DNA of 52,548 bases, taken from the IMG/VR virus record IMGVR_UViG_3300021964_000096, positions 1 through 52,548 of that record; one strand, 5' to 3'. The notes below the pieces were generated by a model. That model saw only the letters and a program-made list of their open reading frames with translations, ran no database searches and was not told where the DNA came from. The first letter of the stretch is position 1; each line of letters opens with the position of its first letter. This DNA is from a virus (lineage: Duplodnaviria > Caudoviricetes). This document shows, in pieces, positions 16,696-27,900 of the stretch. Both the position numbers and the translations under genes were made by a program.

Positions 16696-16884
16696 ATGAA
16701 TTACGAAAAATTATTTAACAAATGTGTTGATATTTTATTATATTTAACTGATGTTACTGGTTTAAGTTATCAAGAGGTTAATGTTTGGGTATTTGTAATT
16801 ATAGAACCTGCTATATTTATAATAATGTTATTTTATATATTATATATTAATAATAAACTCTACCGTAAATCTCAGCAGGTTTAA
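16696..16884 (+). CDS. Small membrane protein
   Basis: 62 aa; YQEVNVWVFVIIEP plus a hydrophobic helix; A-rich start. Confidence 0.6.
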   Translation: MNYEKLFNKCVDILLYLTDVTGLSYQEVNVWVFVIIEPAIFIIMLFYILYINNKLYRKSQQV

Positions 16885-17647
16885 CACCAGCTAGGTATTG
16901 GCCCACCGTTGTTATAGCATCAAGTTTTTCACTTTGGCCTTTGTATGGGTTTAAATCCCAAACATCATAGTAAGCTATATATTTTCCTTTTTCGTCTTCC
17001 CCTTTGCTAAGAGAGTAGTTACCTAAAACATCACCATACATCTCTCCTACCATTTCATCTTCGTAACCTTTATTAGCTTCAAGCATTGCTTTTATATTTT
17101 TTTCAGTGTGGGGAGAGCTATAATAAGTTACGTTTTTGTCTTTAGCTTTAGTAGGTTTATATTTAGAGACTGGTATAGTGCCGTGTTCTTGCTTACCTGT
17201 CATCATCATGCTTAGTAAATCTCGTCTTTCTGCATCATGAAGCATATTTTCTTCAGATTCTGGATCTAAATATAGTTCCTTTAGCCAATCTTCTTCTTTT
17301 TCAAAAGACGCTATAGAACCTTCTTCTGGCTCTTGTAATACACTTTTAACTCTTTCAAGTACTCCATCAGCACCTTCGTAGCCATAAGGATTTATATTTC
17401 TTGTAAATTTTTCTCTTAAAGGTTTTGTGGCTTGCGTTATTCCAAACTTTAAAGCTTTAATTCCAAAATTCGCAAGTCCTGTAGGTATTGTATTAATAGC
17501 TAAGAACTTAGGTGAAGCTCCGCTACCTTTTTTTGAATTACTTTTTACAACTCCTAAATCTACCTCAGGTAACATCTCTGTTTTAATAGGAGGCTGTGAG
17601 TTTGTTAAGCCGTCTTGACTCAACCTTTTTTTCATGTTAAATCCCAT
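16847..17647 (-). CDS. Hypothetical late protein
   Basis: 266 aa; last gene of the - strand arm; GKYIAYYDVWDLNP. Confidence 0.75.
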   Translation of the reverse strand: MGFNMKKRLSQDGLTNSQPPIKTEMLPEVDLGVVKSNSKKGSGASPKFLAINTIPTGLANFGIKALKFGITQATKPLREKFTRNINPYGYEGADGVLERVKSVLQEPEEGSIASFEKEEDWLKELYLDPESEENMLHDAERRDLLSMMMTGKQEHGTIPVSKYKPTKAKDKNVTYYSSPHTEKNIKAMLEANKGYEDEMVGEMYGDVLGNYSLSKGEDEKGKYIAYYDVWDLNPYKGQSEKLDAITTVGQYLAGVKPAEIYGRVYY

Positions 17648-17649
17648 AC

Positions 17650-17778
17650 CTATATTTTATTTTTTACATTTTTTCCTTTTTTATATTTTTTCTTTGTAGG
17701 AGCATCTTCAGAACCTATTTTGTAACCGTTGTTACCCTTAACACCTAAGCCTTGAGGTCCTATTCCTTTTGTTTTCAT
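17650..17778 (-). CDS. Small basic protein (42 aa)
   Basis: MKTKGIGPQGLG...; Lys-rich tail. Confidence 0.55.
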   Translation of the reverse strand: MKTKGIGPQGLGVKGNNGYKIGSEDAPTKKKYKKGKNVKNKI

Positions 17779-17812
17779 AATTTATATATTTTAGTGTTGA
17801 TGAATCTTGTGA

Positions 17813-18160
17813 TTAATTATCAATACACCCTTCTAATTCCTTTACTTTTAATTTTAGTTCATCAATATCGCTTACAGCTTTTGCCTGATACTTTTCTAAA
17901 TATAGTAACCGCATGTTTTGCTCCGCATCATCTGGTAAAGATCCTAATTCACCGCGCGGCCATTTAACTCTAAACTCAGAATTCATATTAAGCTCAGACT
18001 CCATGCGCATTACATTAATGCGAAGCTGTTGTATTTCAGCTATTAATGTAAAATAGACTCCAGCTATGGAAAGCAATCCTGCACAAATAGCTATAATTGT
18101 TTTTACATTAATGTTAAAATTTGTGTTTTCGCTTAATTCTTTCATATTATTGTCTTCCAA
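17813..18160 (-). CDS. Membrane-anchored coiled-coil protein (lysis module; holin or i-spanin candidate)
   Basis: One TM segment then coiled coil; overlaps the amidase end. Confidence 0.55.
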   Translation of the reverse strand: MEDNNMKELSENTNFNINVKTIIAICAGLLSIAGVYFTLIAEIQQLRINVMRMESELNMNSEFRVKWPRGELGSLPDDAEQNMRLLYLEKYQAKAVSDIDELKLKVKELEGCIDN

Positions 18161-18578
18161 AAAAGCATATTATATTTTCATATTCTTTAGACACATCAAA
18201 ACTTGGGCATGCTTTACTTGAAAATTCATTATGTCCATGCAATGTAGCATCTGGGTAATCCTTCATTAAGTTCATTATTATTTCATATAAAGAACTTCTT
18301 TGCTCTTCTGTTCTAGTGTCAAGCGGTTTAAAAGTGTCTTTGTCTATACCACCAACATAGGCTATGCCTATTGAATCTTTATTATAACCTTTCACGTGAG
18401 CTCCTGGTATTTCAACAGGTCTGCCCTCAGAAATTTTACCGTCAATGTGCACGATATAGTGATAACCAATATCTGACCACCCACGAGCTTTATGCCAAGA
18501 TCTAATCTCCTCAACACTTGTTGGTCTGCATTCTGGCGTTGCAGTACAGTGTATTATTATTTTATTTATCGTCCTCAT
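18147..18578 (-). CDS. Endolysin, N-acetylmuramoyl-L-alanine amidase (T7 lysozyme-like)
   Basis: IIIHCTAT, DIGYHY, GAHVKGYN, SIGIAYVGG, GHNEFSSKACPSF. Confidence 0.93.
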   Translation of the reverse strand: MRTINKIIIHCTATPECRPTSVEEIRSWHKARGWSDIGYHYIVHIDGKISEGRPVEIPGAHVKGYNKDSIGIAYVGGIDKDTFKPLDTRTEEQRSSLYEIIMNLMKDYPDATLHGHNEFSSKACPSFDVSKEYENIICFFGRQ

Positions 18579-18720
18579 TAACTTTCGACCATTTAGCTAT
18601 AGTATAACCTATAGTTACTAATAGTAATATTATTTTCAACCAATCTTCTATTTGAGTAAATGTTGTTACGCCTAATGTGCCACCGTTAATTGCGTAAAGT
18701 TTTATGTGTTCTAAGTTCAT
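18562..18720 (-). CDS. Putative holin (52 aa, absent from ORF track)
   Basis: MNLEHIKLYAINGGTLGVTTFTQIEDWLKIILLLVTIGYTIAKW...; immediately upstream of and overlapping the amidase. Confidence 0.65.
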   Translation of the reverse strand: MNLEHIKLYAINGGTLGVTTFTQIEDWLKIILLLVTIGYTIAKWSKVNEDDK

Positions 18721-18926
18721 TATTTTTTATTTTTTGGTACACAGTTAGGTACTTTTTTACCTCCTTTTTTCTTCATGCCAATCATTTTGTACCCTGACCA
18801 GCAAGGTCCTTTCTTCTTAGCTATACTAATGGGACCGCCAGATCCATCAGCATTCATTGTAACTTCTTGGTTAACAGGAAATTTATAGCTTCTAGATTCG
18901 TTTACTCTTTTAGTTATTGGTTTCAT
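18720..18926 (-). CDS. Small basic protein with PCWxGY...VPNCVP motif
   Basis: 68 aa; coupled to its neighbours. Confidence 0.7.
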   Translation of the reverse strand: MKPITKRVNESRSYKFPVNQEVTMNADGSGGPISIAKKKGPCWSGYKMIGMKKKGGKKVPNCVPKNKK

Positions 18927-21900
18927 CGTAATATTATTTTTCTAGTCCTTGTTGTTCGTGTTCGTTTATTTGTTTTTTTGCTTTTCTTTTTATCTTCTAA
19001 ACCTAGGTTCCATTCATTCCAACCTGCTAGCAAAGCAATTCTTTGCCACTCTTCTACATTCTCTCCTAAAGCAGCGTCTATATTATTTATTTTCTTAATT
19101 AACCTATCTAATGGTACGTTAGTAGCTGCGGATATAACTTGACCGCCAGCTAAATAAGCTGGGTTGTCTAAACTAAAACCTTTTTCTTTCATTTCATCTT
19201 TATTCCATTGATAAGCTCTAGACGCGTTCTGTATTTGTGATACTTTAGCAGATAAAGGTGGTGATACTCTTAAAAGATCAGACACTAAAACTCTTTCTAC
19301 GTTTGGTCGTTTTTTATCAAGCTCGGTATTTAACTTTATAGCTGTATTCTTTAAAACACTAGCTATAGCGCCTACGTAACCAGAGCCTCTCATAACAGAA
19401 TCTGCCATACCATTTAAGGTTCTGTAAGAATCTTGTTTTTGTTTTTCAGACATTTCATTATCTTCATCAAAAGCTATAGCAAATAAAGCATTTTGAAGGG
19501 CGTTAAATATTAAGTTTTGAACAGCTCCGTAATACAGTATTTTAGATATGTTTTCTTTTTTACTACCTCTACCGTCTTTAAGATCCATATAAGCTTTCTT
19601 CATTATACGGTTGTACTGCATAGGCGTATTTGCAAAAGCTAAAACAACTCTACCTAAATCACTAGCTTGCTGAGCTGATATTCTGTCAGGTCTAGATGAC
19701 TGTTGGTTTTCTTCAGATATTTCTCTCCAGTCTTTAAGAGCTTGCTTCTCTGCGGCAACCTCGTTCATACCTTCTTTTACATATTTTTTAATTCTATTTC
19801 TATAATACGTAGAACCTCCAGACGCTATAGCAAAACTATCAGCAACTTGCGTTGGTGTAAAACCAAATTCAAGAAGTTTATTGACAACTCCTCTAACACC
19901 ACCTTTTTTAGCCATATCAGCAATATCAGCTTCGTTTATATTCATACGTAAACCGCTTCTTCTTTCTTTCAAAAAGTCAGAGTTCATTAACGTAGAAAAA
20001 TCCTTCCAATACTGTTTTTGATTAGCAAAAGCTTTTGCAGCTGCAAATATATTATTGTCTTTAAAGTTCAAGTAGTTAAAAGAAGATATCGTTTGTAGAA
20101 CTGCTGATCTTGTATTAAAGAACATAGTTACACCAATACTACCAGTTAACCAATCAACTAGTTTACCTGAAAACTTATCAGCATTGTTACCTCTGTTTCT
20201 ACCAGTTTCCATACGTTTTAATATACCTTCCATAGAAGATCTATAATTCTTACCAAACGCAGCTTCTAATTTATTTAAGTTTTGCTCAGAAAATATTTCA
20301 CTAACGTTTTGCTTCCAAGGCTCTAAATACTTAGCTCTTTTAGTAGTGTTTAAAGTTTGTAGTAAATCTGTAGTGATTGTTCCAGTAACCCAACCTTCGC
20401 CTGGTTTTGCGTATTGATCACCTTTTAATATATTTACTAACTGCTCTGAAAAAGAACTTAGTTCTGGAGATTTTTCTACAAACTCATTAAGTGATTTTAA
20501 ATCCGCCTTACTTAAGCCAGGAACTTCCATGCCTTGCTTACTCCATATATTAACTCTAACAGCTTGCTCTTGAGTGAAAGGTTCTCCAGGTAATTTTTTT
20601 CTTAAATTCTTAGGTACAGAGCTTATTTGTTTTTTTAACGCGTTAAAATCGTTTAACATAGCTACCCTGTCTCTAGATATATTATTCATGGCTCTAGCGT
20701 AAGGATCTAGCATTGTTTCTTTGTAAAACTTCATTTGAGCTTCACCTTTTTTACCTTTAGCTAAAGTTGTGTATAGCAAACCTGTAAAATCATTAGCAGA
20801 ATAAGGAACAAAAAAGTTTAATTTACCTTTTCCTTTTCCAGCAACCTCACCTTTAACTCTAGCGTATTTCTTTTGAGCTCCAATACCTGTTTTAAACTCT
20901 AAGTATTCGTTAAATGTCTTGCTTAAATCTATGTCTTTAGAAGCTTTGGCTTGTTGTACTTTAGATTTTACATCTATTTGACTTAATATATCTTTTACAG
21001 CTTTAACGTTTTTAATAGCATCATCTGCGAAGTAAAAATCATTGTAACCTTCACCTGCTTTATCTAAAACCCATTTAGCTTTAGCTTTAGCAGCTCCATC
21101 GCCTAACCCAGTTATGTTTTCAAGCGGTATATCTATACCAGCTTCTTTCATGAATTTCTGTATTTCAATAGCAGATTCAGGTGGTCTAGCTGTTAATATA
21201 AATACGTCTTCAGTTCCTCTAGCTGCTGCTATTTTTTCAGCTACACTAAATAAAGGTCCTTTTTTACCGTCAATAACTTTGCTAAACTCCTTAAAATCAA
21301 ATTTAGCTCCTTGACTCTCTAAAAGATCAGCTTGCTTAGCAAACTCAGAAGCATTTATTTTACCAACTTTATTTCTTGTTATACCTGAGTAAACCTTCTG
21401 TAAAAATCTTTCAGGTAACGCTTCACCAAAGCCGATGTCTGTAGTTTCTATTTCGTATAGTCTATCTCCAAACTCTTCTCTATATCTATTAGCACTTTCT
21501 TGAACTTGCTCCCAGGTTTTTCTAACAACAAAGTCAGGTAGTGATCTTTCAACTCTAGCTTGATTTCTGGATATAGCGGTTTCAAGAGGTGTGTTTGCTA
21601 CAACCATATGAACTTCAAAACCTGCGTCTTCAAGTTGCTTAACTTTCTTCATGGTAGCATTGTAAGAAGCGCCAGTACCATCAATTACCATACCATCTCC
21701 GTTCTTAGCATACTTATCAAACTTAGCAACAGCTGCTTTTCTAGCTGCCGCACCAAGTTTAGATCTCGTAGATCTTTGTTCTTTAGTGTACTCACCTTCT
21801 CTAGCTGGTAATCCAGCTTCTTCTTTCATAGCTTCAAGAGCTATATCTTGATTTACTACTTTAAAACCTCTTCTACCTAACTGTAAACCTTTACCTATGT

Positions 21901-24900
21901 TTGTTTTACCAGCTCCAGGCCCACCAACCATGAATATAGCTTTATATTTGTTAACCCCTTGCGAGAAGCCGCCTTCTACGTTTGGGGTAGTGTAATTTAC
22001 TTTACTATTAGATCTAGCTAATGTATCATCAAAATCAAATACTCTAATTTTTTTAACAGGAGCTTTTACGTCGTTACCTGCTTTTAAAGCTTTGTCTAAA
22101 GACTTTAAATTTTCTATGCTTTCTTGAACACTTTTAGGTTTTTCAAAAAACTCCTTTGAAGCTTTTGTAGATGTATTTTGCTCTAAAGCAGATTGGGCAT
22201 CTTTATAAGCTTGCTCAAAACCAGCCCCTTTTTTAACTGTTGTGTATGATCCATCAGCTTGTTTCTCATAAAGAGTAAGCTCTGTTATATCTCTACCGTA
22301 ATGGCTAAAGTTGTAATATCTTTTCCAAGGGTTTATAAGAGCTTCTAAAGGTAAGGAGCTTTGGTATTTTTCATTTATAATATTATCCATTTCCTTAGGG
22401 ATAATACTAGCGCTATAATCGTTTAATTTAGCTCTAAGTTCAGCCTTTGTTATTTTACCCTCTAGATACTGAACAGAGTAAACCTTCATAACGTTTGCAG
22501 GAGGATTATGCTCATACCTGTAGTTATCAGGGTTAAAATCTTTACCTTTTACAGCAATACTATTTAAGTTGGCTGCAGCTCTTAGCAAGCCTTCCATTGA
22601 AGATGTACTGCTAGATAGAAACATGCCAGTAGAATTATTGTCTCCGTTTTTCTTAAACTGCTCTAAAATATCTACATATAAATCTCTATTAGCATTAGCG
22701 TACTCTAAAGAACCGTCTAATGTTTCTTTAGATATTTTACCTTCTTTTTCAACTTCTTTTATAGCAGAGGAAGTTGCCGTTGAGCTCTGCTTAGCTCTTT
22801 TTACATCTATTCTTTTTCCGTCAAACTCTATATGTGAGAATTCCATTTTTTCACCTTCTTTAGTGTTTTTTGGTTTTCTAACAACTCTTATAGCGTCAGG
22901 GTTTGACATGTTGGGTTTTATAACTAAATTTATAAAATCTTCAGCTTTACCAAACGCACTTTGTCTAGTAGTACCTGTTTTACCGTTAGATAACTCTAGT
23001 ACTATCCCAGCGTCTGTTTCAGCCCACTTAAATAAACCACTACCAAGTTTAGCGTTAGCAGAGTAAGCTTTAACTAGAAACGCAGCTGTTTCAGCAAGCT
23101 CTGCATCTGTTTTGTCTTTAAACATCTCACCAATAGCCTTTTCATGTGCTCTTGTAAAAGCATTTATTTGTTCCGGGTTATCGAAGTCAATACCGTTTCT
23201 ACCTACACCTAACATTTCTTTAGTTTGCTCTTGAGCTCTTTGCTCTGAGACCTGCTCGAACAAATATCTTTGAAGTGGCTTTGGTTCAGTGCCTTTGGAC
23301 AAAGCTCTACTAGCTCTATCATACTCACCAACATTGTACTCTATAGATTTTATTAAATCATTTTTAGCTTTTAAAGGTGTGCCATCTTTCTTAGTTAAAA
23401 AAGTTTTATCAAAAGATTCGTTAAAAGCTTTTTCAACTTTCATGCCAGAAGCAATAGCGTTGTAGAAGTCGGCTTCACCTTCTTCATACATCTTTATATC
23501 CTTTGGGTTACTTATTAAGCTAGGTTTAAATTTATTTAATTTTCTTTTAGCCTCTTTAATAACTTCACTAGCCATACGCTTAGACGTGCCAGCTGCAATA
23601 TCAGCTATTATTTGATCTGTGCCTTTAGCTGTCTTGACACCAGATTCTTCAATCTTAGATCTTATAACTTTGTTTGTAACGTTATCTACGTAAAGCTTTG
23701 TTAAACCCTGTAAGAGTGTCCCAAACTTAGTTCTATTAGCTGCTTTCATAGGTATACTAAGCTCACCAGCTGGTGTAATACCTATATCTTGCTGTAATTT
23801 TCTTAATGTCTCTATAGATGGTTTTCTAAACTCAGGCTTTAGTCTCCAAACTTGAGTTTGCGATGTTTTACCTAAGCTTCTGCCTTTAGGTGAAGATATG
23901 CCAGGTATTTTAGTATCAACCTTGTCATACATTATTTTAAGCATTTTATTGCTTAAACCTGTAGCATAACCTTTAGCGTCAGGCGAAACATCTATAATCT
24001 TTTCTTGGCCTTCTAAAGTTTTAAGCGTAGCTTCTGGACCAGCAACGTTATATTCTGGCACTGTCTCCATAAACCTTTTAAACTCTTGAACGTTTCTAAA
24101 AAGTCCTTGCATTCTAGAAACTTCAGCTGCGCCGCTACCCCTACCGTAGTTCAAAGTAGATTTACCTGTAGCTCTTTCGTAAGGCACATCTAACAATGCT
24201 TCAGCTACTTTAGGTGAATACTCGTTAGCCGCTGTTTTGTATGTCAATGTAGATAAAGTTTCTGGCTTTAAATCTACAGACTCTTCTATTAATTCACGTT
24301 TAACTCTTACAGGTGTAAAATCTCTAACATCTATAAGATCTTTTGTTTCTGCCTCTTCTTTAGCTCTTCTTTCAGCTAGAGCTTCAGGAGATGATTGGTC
24401 TACTATTTCTCTAGCGAACTCAGTGTCAGCGCTTGTGGTTTCTCGTTTTCTACTATATTCTTCTACTATTTTAGGACCAACTCTAAGACCTAAAGGTTTT
24501 TGCATGTAAGTACTAAGCTCCACCTTTTCACCAGTTCTTGGGTTTACAGGTTTATAGTTTCTAATAACACTTTCAAGCTGATCTAATATTCTACCTTCTA
24601 TCTCAGGATTACCTTTAATAGCGCTAACAGGTACACCTTTTTTAGCCGCCCATGTACTTACAGCTTCTATACCTATTCTAACATACTGATCTTTAAAGTC
24701 AGTAAGCTCTTTAGGCGACATACTTTCTTTATTGTTTTGGTATTTTTCAGCTAGTTTACTAGCAGAAGCTTCAAGATCTTTAGATGCCTTTATTTCATTA
24801 ACTCTATCCTGTGTTATTTCATTGCCAAACGTATCAACTAGTTTGTTTCCGTCAATACTAATATCACTAAACTTTTCGAAACTTTTTTTAATACCACGTG

Positions 24901-27900
24901 CAGATCCTCCCTCTGAAACTCTACCCATGCTATACATAAATTCTAACAACTGCGAAGCTCTAGTTGAGTTAGATGCACTTAAGTCTAGGCTTGAGCTTAA
25001 ATCTAAACCTGCTTTTTTTCCTGTATTAACTAAAGTTCTTTTTAAGCTAGGAAGTAATCCTTTGTTTAAAAGCAAGTCAGCATATTTAGGGTTTTGTAGA
25101 AACTCTATAGCATTCATAACATACTCTTCAGCTTTAACATCCTTGCCGTAGGCAAAATCTATAACTTCTTCAAAAGTTAAATCTTTCTTGCCCTTGTAAT
25201 CAAACCTTTTACCTTGTAAAGCTTTATTGAAATCATTTTTTATAACATCTTTAAACTGCTTAGCAAGCTCAGGATTGGCTTTGAAAGCCATATCCATAAA
25301 AGCGTGTCCTACTTCGTGAGCAAAAACACCAGGCTTGTACTTTAATATGTCTACTGTAAACTTTTTGCTGATAGGATCATATAGTGCTTTTGCTCCTCCT
25401 GTTTTTTCACCACCCTCTACAATTTCTAACGAAACTTTATCTCCTAATATACCGGATTTTCGCATCTCATTAAACTGTCTATTGACTTGTCTTTGAGCCG
25501 CAGCAATATTAGCAGTACCTTGGTTTATAACCTTTTTAGCAGCTTCAATTTCGTATTTAGTAGATTTATCGCTATTAAGCACTGCTCTAGCAGCGTTCAT
25601 ATTATCTCTTACTGATGCTATATCTAGCTTATTAAAAGCTCTATCAGCAACAGCCATTTCGCTTTTCAGTAAATTTACTAAGTTTTGTTTCTTTAAAACT
25701 TCACTATCTGTTAATAGTTTTTCTTTACTAAAAGGACTTGCTTCTTTAAGAGATCTAGAAGTACTTTCTAAAGAACGTTTTTTTAGAAAATCGTTGTCAA
25801 GTTCATTTTGTGTTTTCTCAAGCAAGCTTCTTTTTTCTGCTATACTTTTGAAATCTAACTTTTTTATACCTAAACCTCCTATTAAAGAAAATACAGCCAT
25901 ATTAACAGCTACTCTAGACCCTACTTCTCCTAAATCTCCATACTCTTCTTCCATGCTTGAGCGGAAAGCTTTACTACCTATTACATCTTTATATACAGCT
26001 TCAGTAAACAAAGCTGCTTCAGATCCAACCGCACCACCTGGTCCAGCTAAAACTACTTTTTCTAAAAAAGGGTTAAACCTAGCTAAGTCTCCTTGAAATC
26101 TAAAAGGTATTGCTTTTCTCATTAAAGCACCTCCCGCAAAAAACCCAACACCACCACCTGTTTGAGATTCTCCTTCTGTTACAGCTTTAAATTTAGCTTC
26201 TTCCAATAAAGCTCCTAAAGCAAATCGCAATGGTTTATTACTAGTATTTGCTATTAATCTAGTTATTCCTGCAGCTCCAGCTACCTTATTGGCTAAAGCA
26301 AATTTAACCAGCTCTGGCATAAATGCTCCAACTCCTTCTGCAACATTCATTCCAAAACTTCGTTCAAAATTTTTCTTTTGATCTTCGGTCATAGTTATGC
26401 CTGCTTCGGAAAAAACACCTTCTAATGCGTCTAACTCTTTTCTAGCTGTAGTACCTATTCTTTCAGTAGCTTCCTCACCAATTGTGGCTTCCGTAGCGGC
26501 TTCAAAAAACCTAGAAGTTTTTGATTTCTTTATACTACCAGGATCTATGTTTAATAAATAAGCAGTTTTAAAAGCTTCTCTTTCAAGGTTTAATTTTTTT
26601 CTATCTTTGCTAATAGACTTAAGAGTTTTACCTAACAGAGGAACAATCCCTCCTTCTGGGTTGTATATAGATGACTGCAATAACTCTTCTTGATCTTGAA
26701 AATTCATTAGATCAGAGTACTTAACGTTTTTAAACACGCCATCCTCTGGTTCGTACCCGTAATTACCCAAAGCAATAGCAAACATTCCGTCTGTAGGTTT
26801 TAAGTCAATAGTGCTATTTCTATTTTTTTGGTAATCTTCATATTCTAATACATGACCAAAATAAGCCTGCTCTAAACTTTCTAAGTCTAAGTCTTTATAA
26901 TAGCCTTCTAATTCGTTCAACTCGCCTTCAAGATTAGTCATTTCATCTTGCTCACCCGCAGAATTTTTAGCTTCTACTTCAGGCTTAGTTAACCTCTGCC
27001 CTGTTTTATTATCAAACATGAAGGTAAGATCTTCGTTGTAAGTATTAAGAGCTTCATCGGCTAACGGTGATAGTTCTTTTAACTTTACTTGAGCGGCTAG
27101 TTTTTCATCATAAGTTCCGTCTCCTTGCAGTATTTTTTGTTGCTCTCGCGTTTGTTTTATTATATTAGCTAAATTTTTAGCTTCTTTAGATATTTCACTT
27201 ATGTGAAGCTTAGCTCCTGTGTTTAATTTAAAATCGTAACCACCGTCTTCTAACGCGTCTTCTACTAAAGCTCTAGCTGCATTCTGCTCTTGCTCAGCTT
27301 CTTGTTTTGATAGTTTTTTAATTTTAGCTTTAACTATATTATCTATGTCATAGTCTGATGGAAATTCTCCATTAGGAAATCTTCTGTAGTGAGCTTCTTT
27401 TATCTCAGACCTAATGTTGTCAAAAAAAGAAGGGTCTTCAGACAGCTCGCTTATAGAGCCTCCCTCTATATCTAACTGATATGGAGTATTAGAGTTCAAC
27501 ACAGCGTTAGCTGTTGATTCTAGGTTTTTTACTTTTTTTATATATTCCTTAGGTGTAGCCTTTGGGAGCTGCGTATTTCTTGTTCTAGTGCTTTCTACAG
27601 TTGTTTCATTAGTTGATTCTTCTAAACTTCTAGTGTAAGGCAAGGCATCTTTGTCATCTTCTATATCGACATTGTTTATTCCAAACTCAGCAAAAAACTC
27701 TTTATCATTTAACTTTTCTAAATCCAAAGAACCATTTTCCTGCTCTAAGTCCGTACTCTCGGATGCTATCTCCGGCTGCGGTGTTACAGTCGCATCCTCT
27801 TCCGCAACACCTTTTGGCTTTTTTACTTCTTTGAGACCATATTTACTAACATATTCATCAAAGCTCATGTTAAGGTTTGAAGCAGCTAGTTTTACATCTT

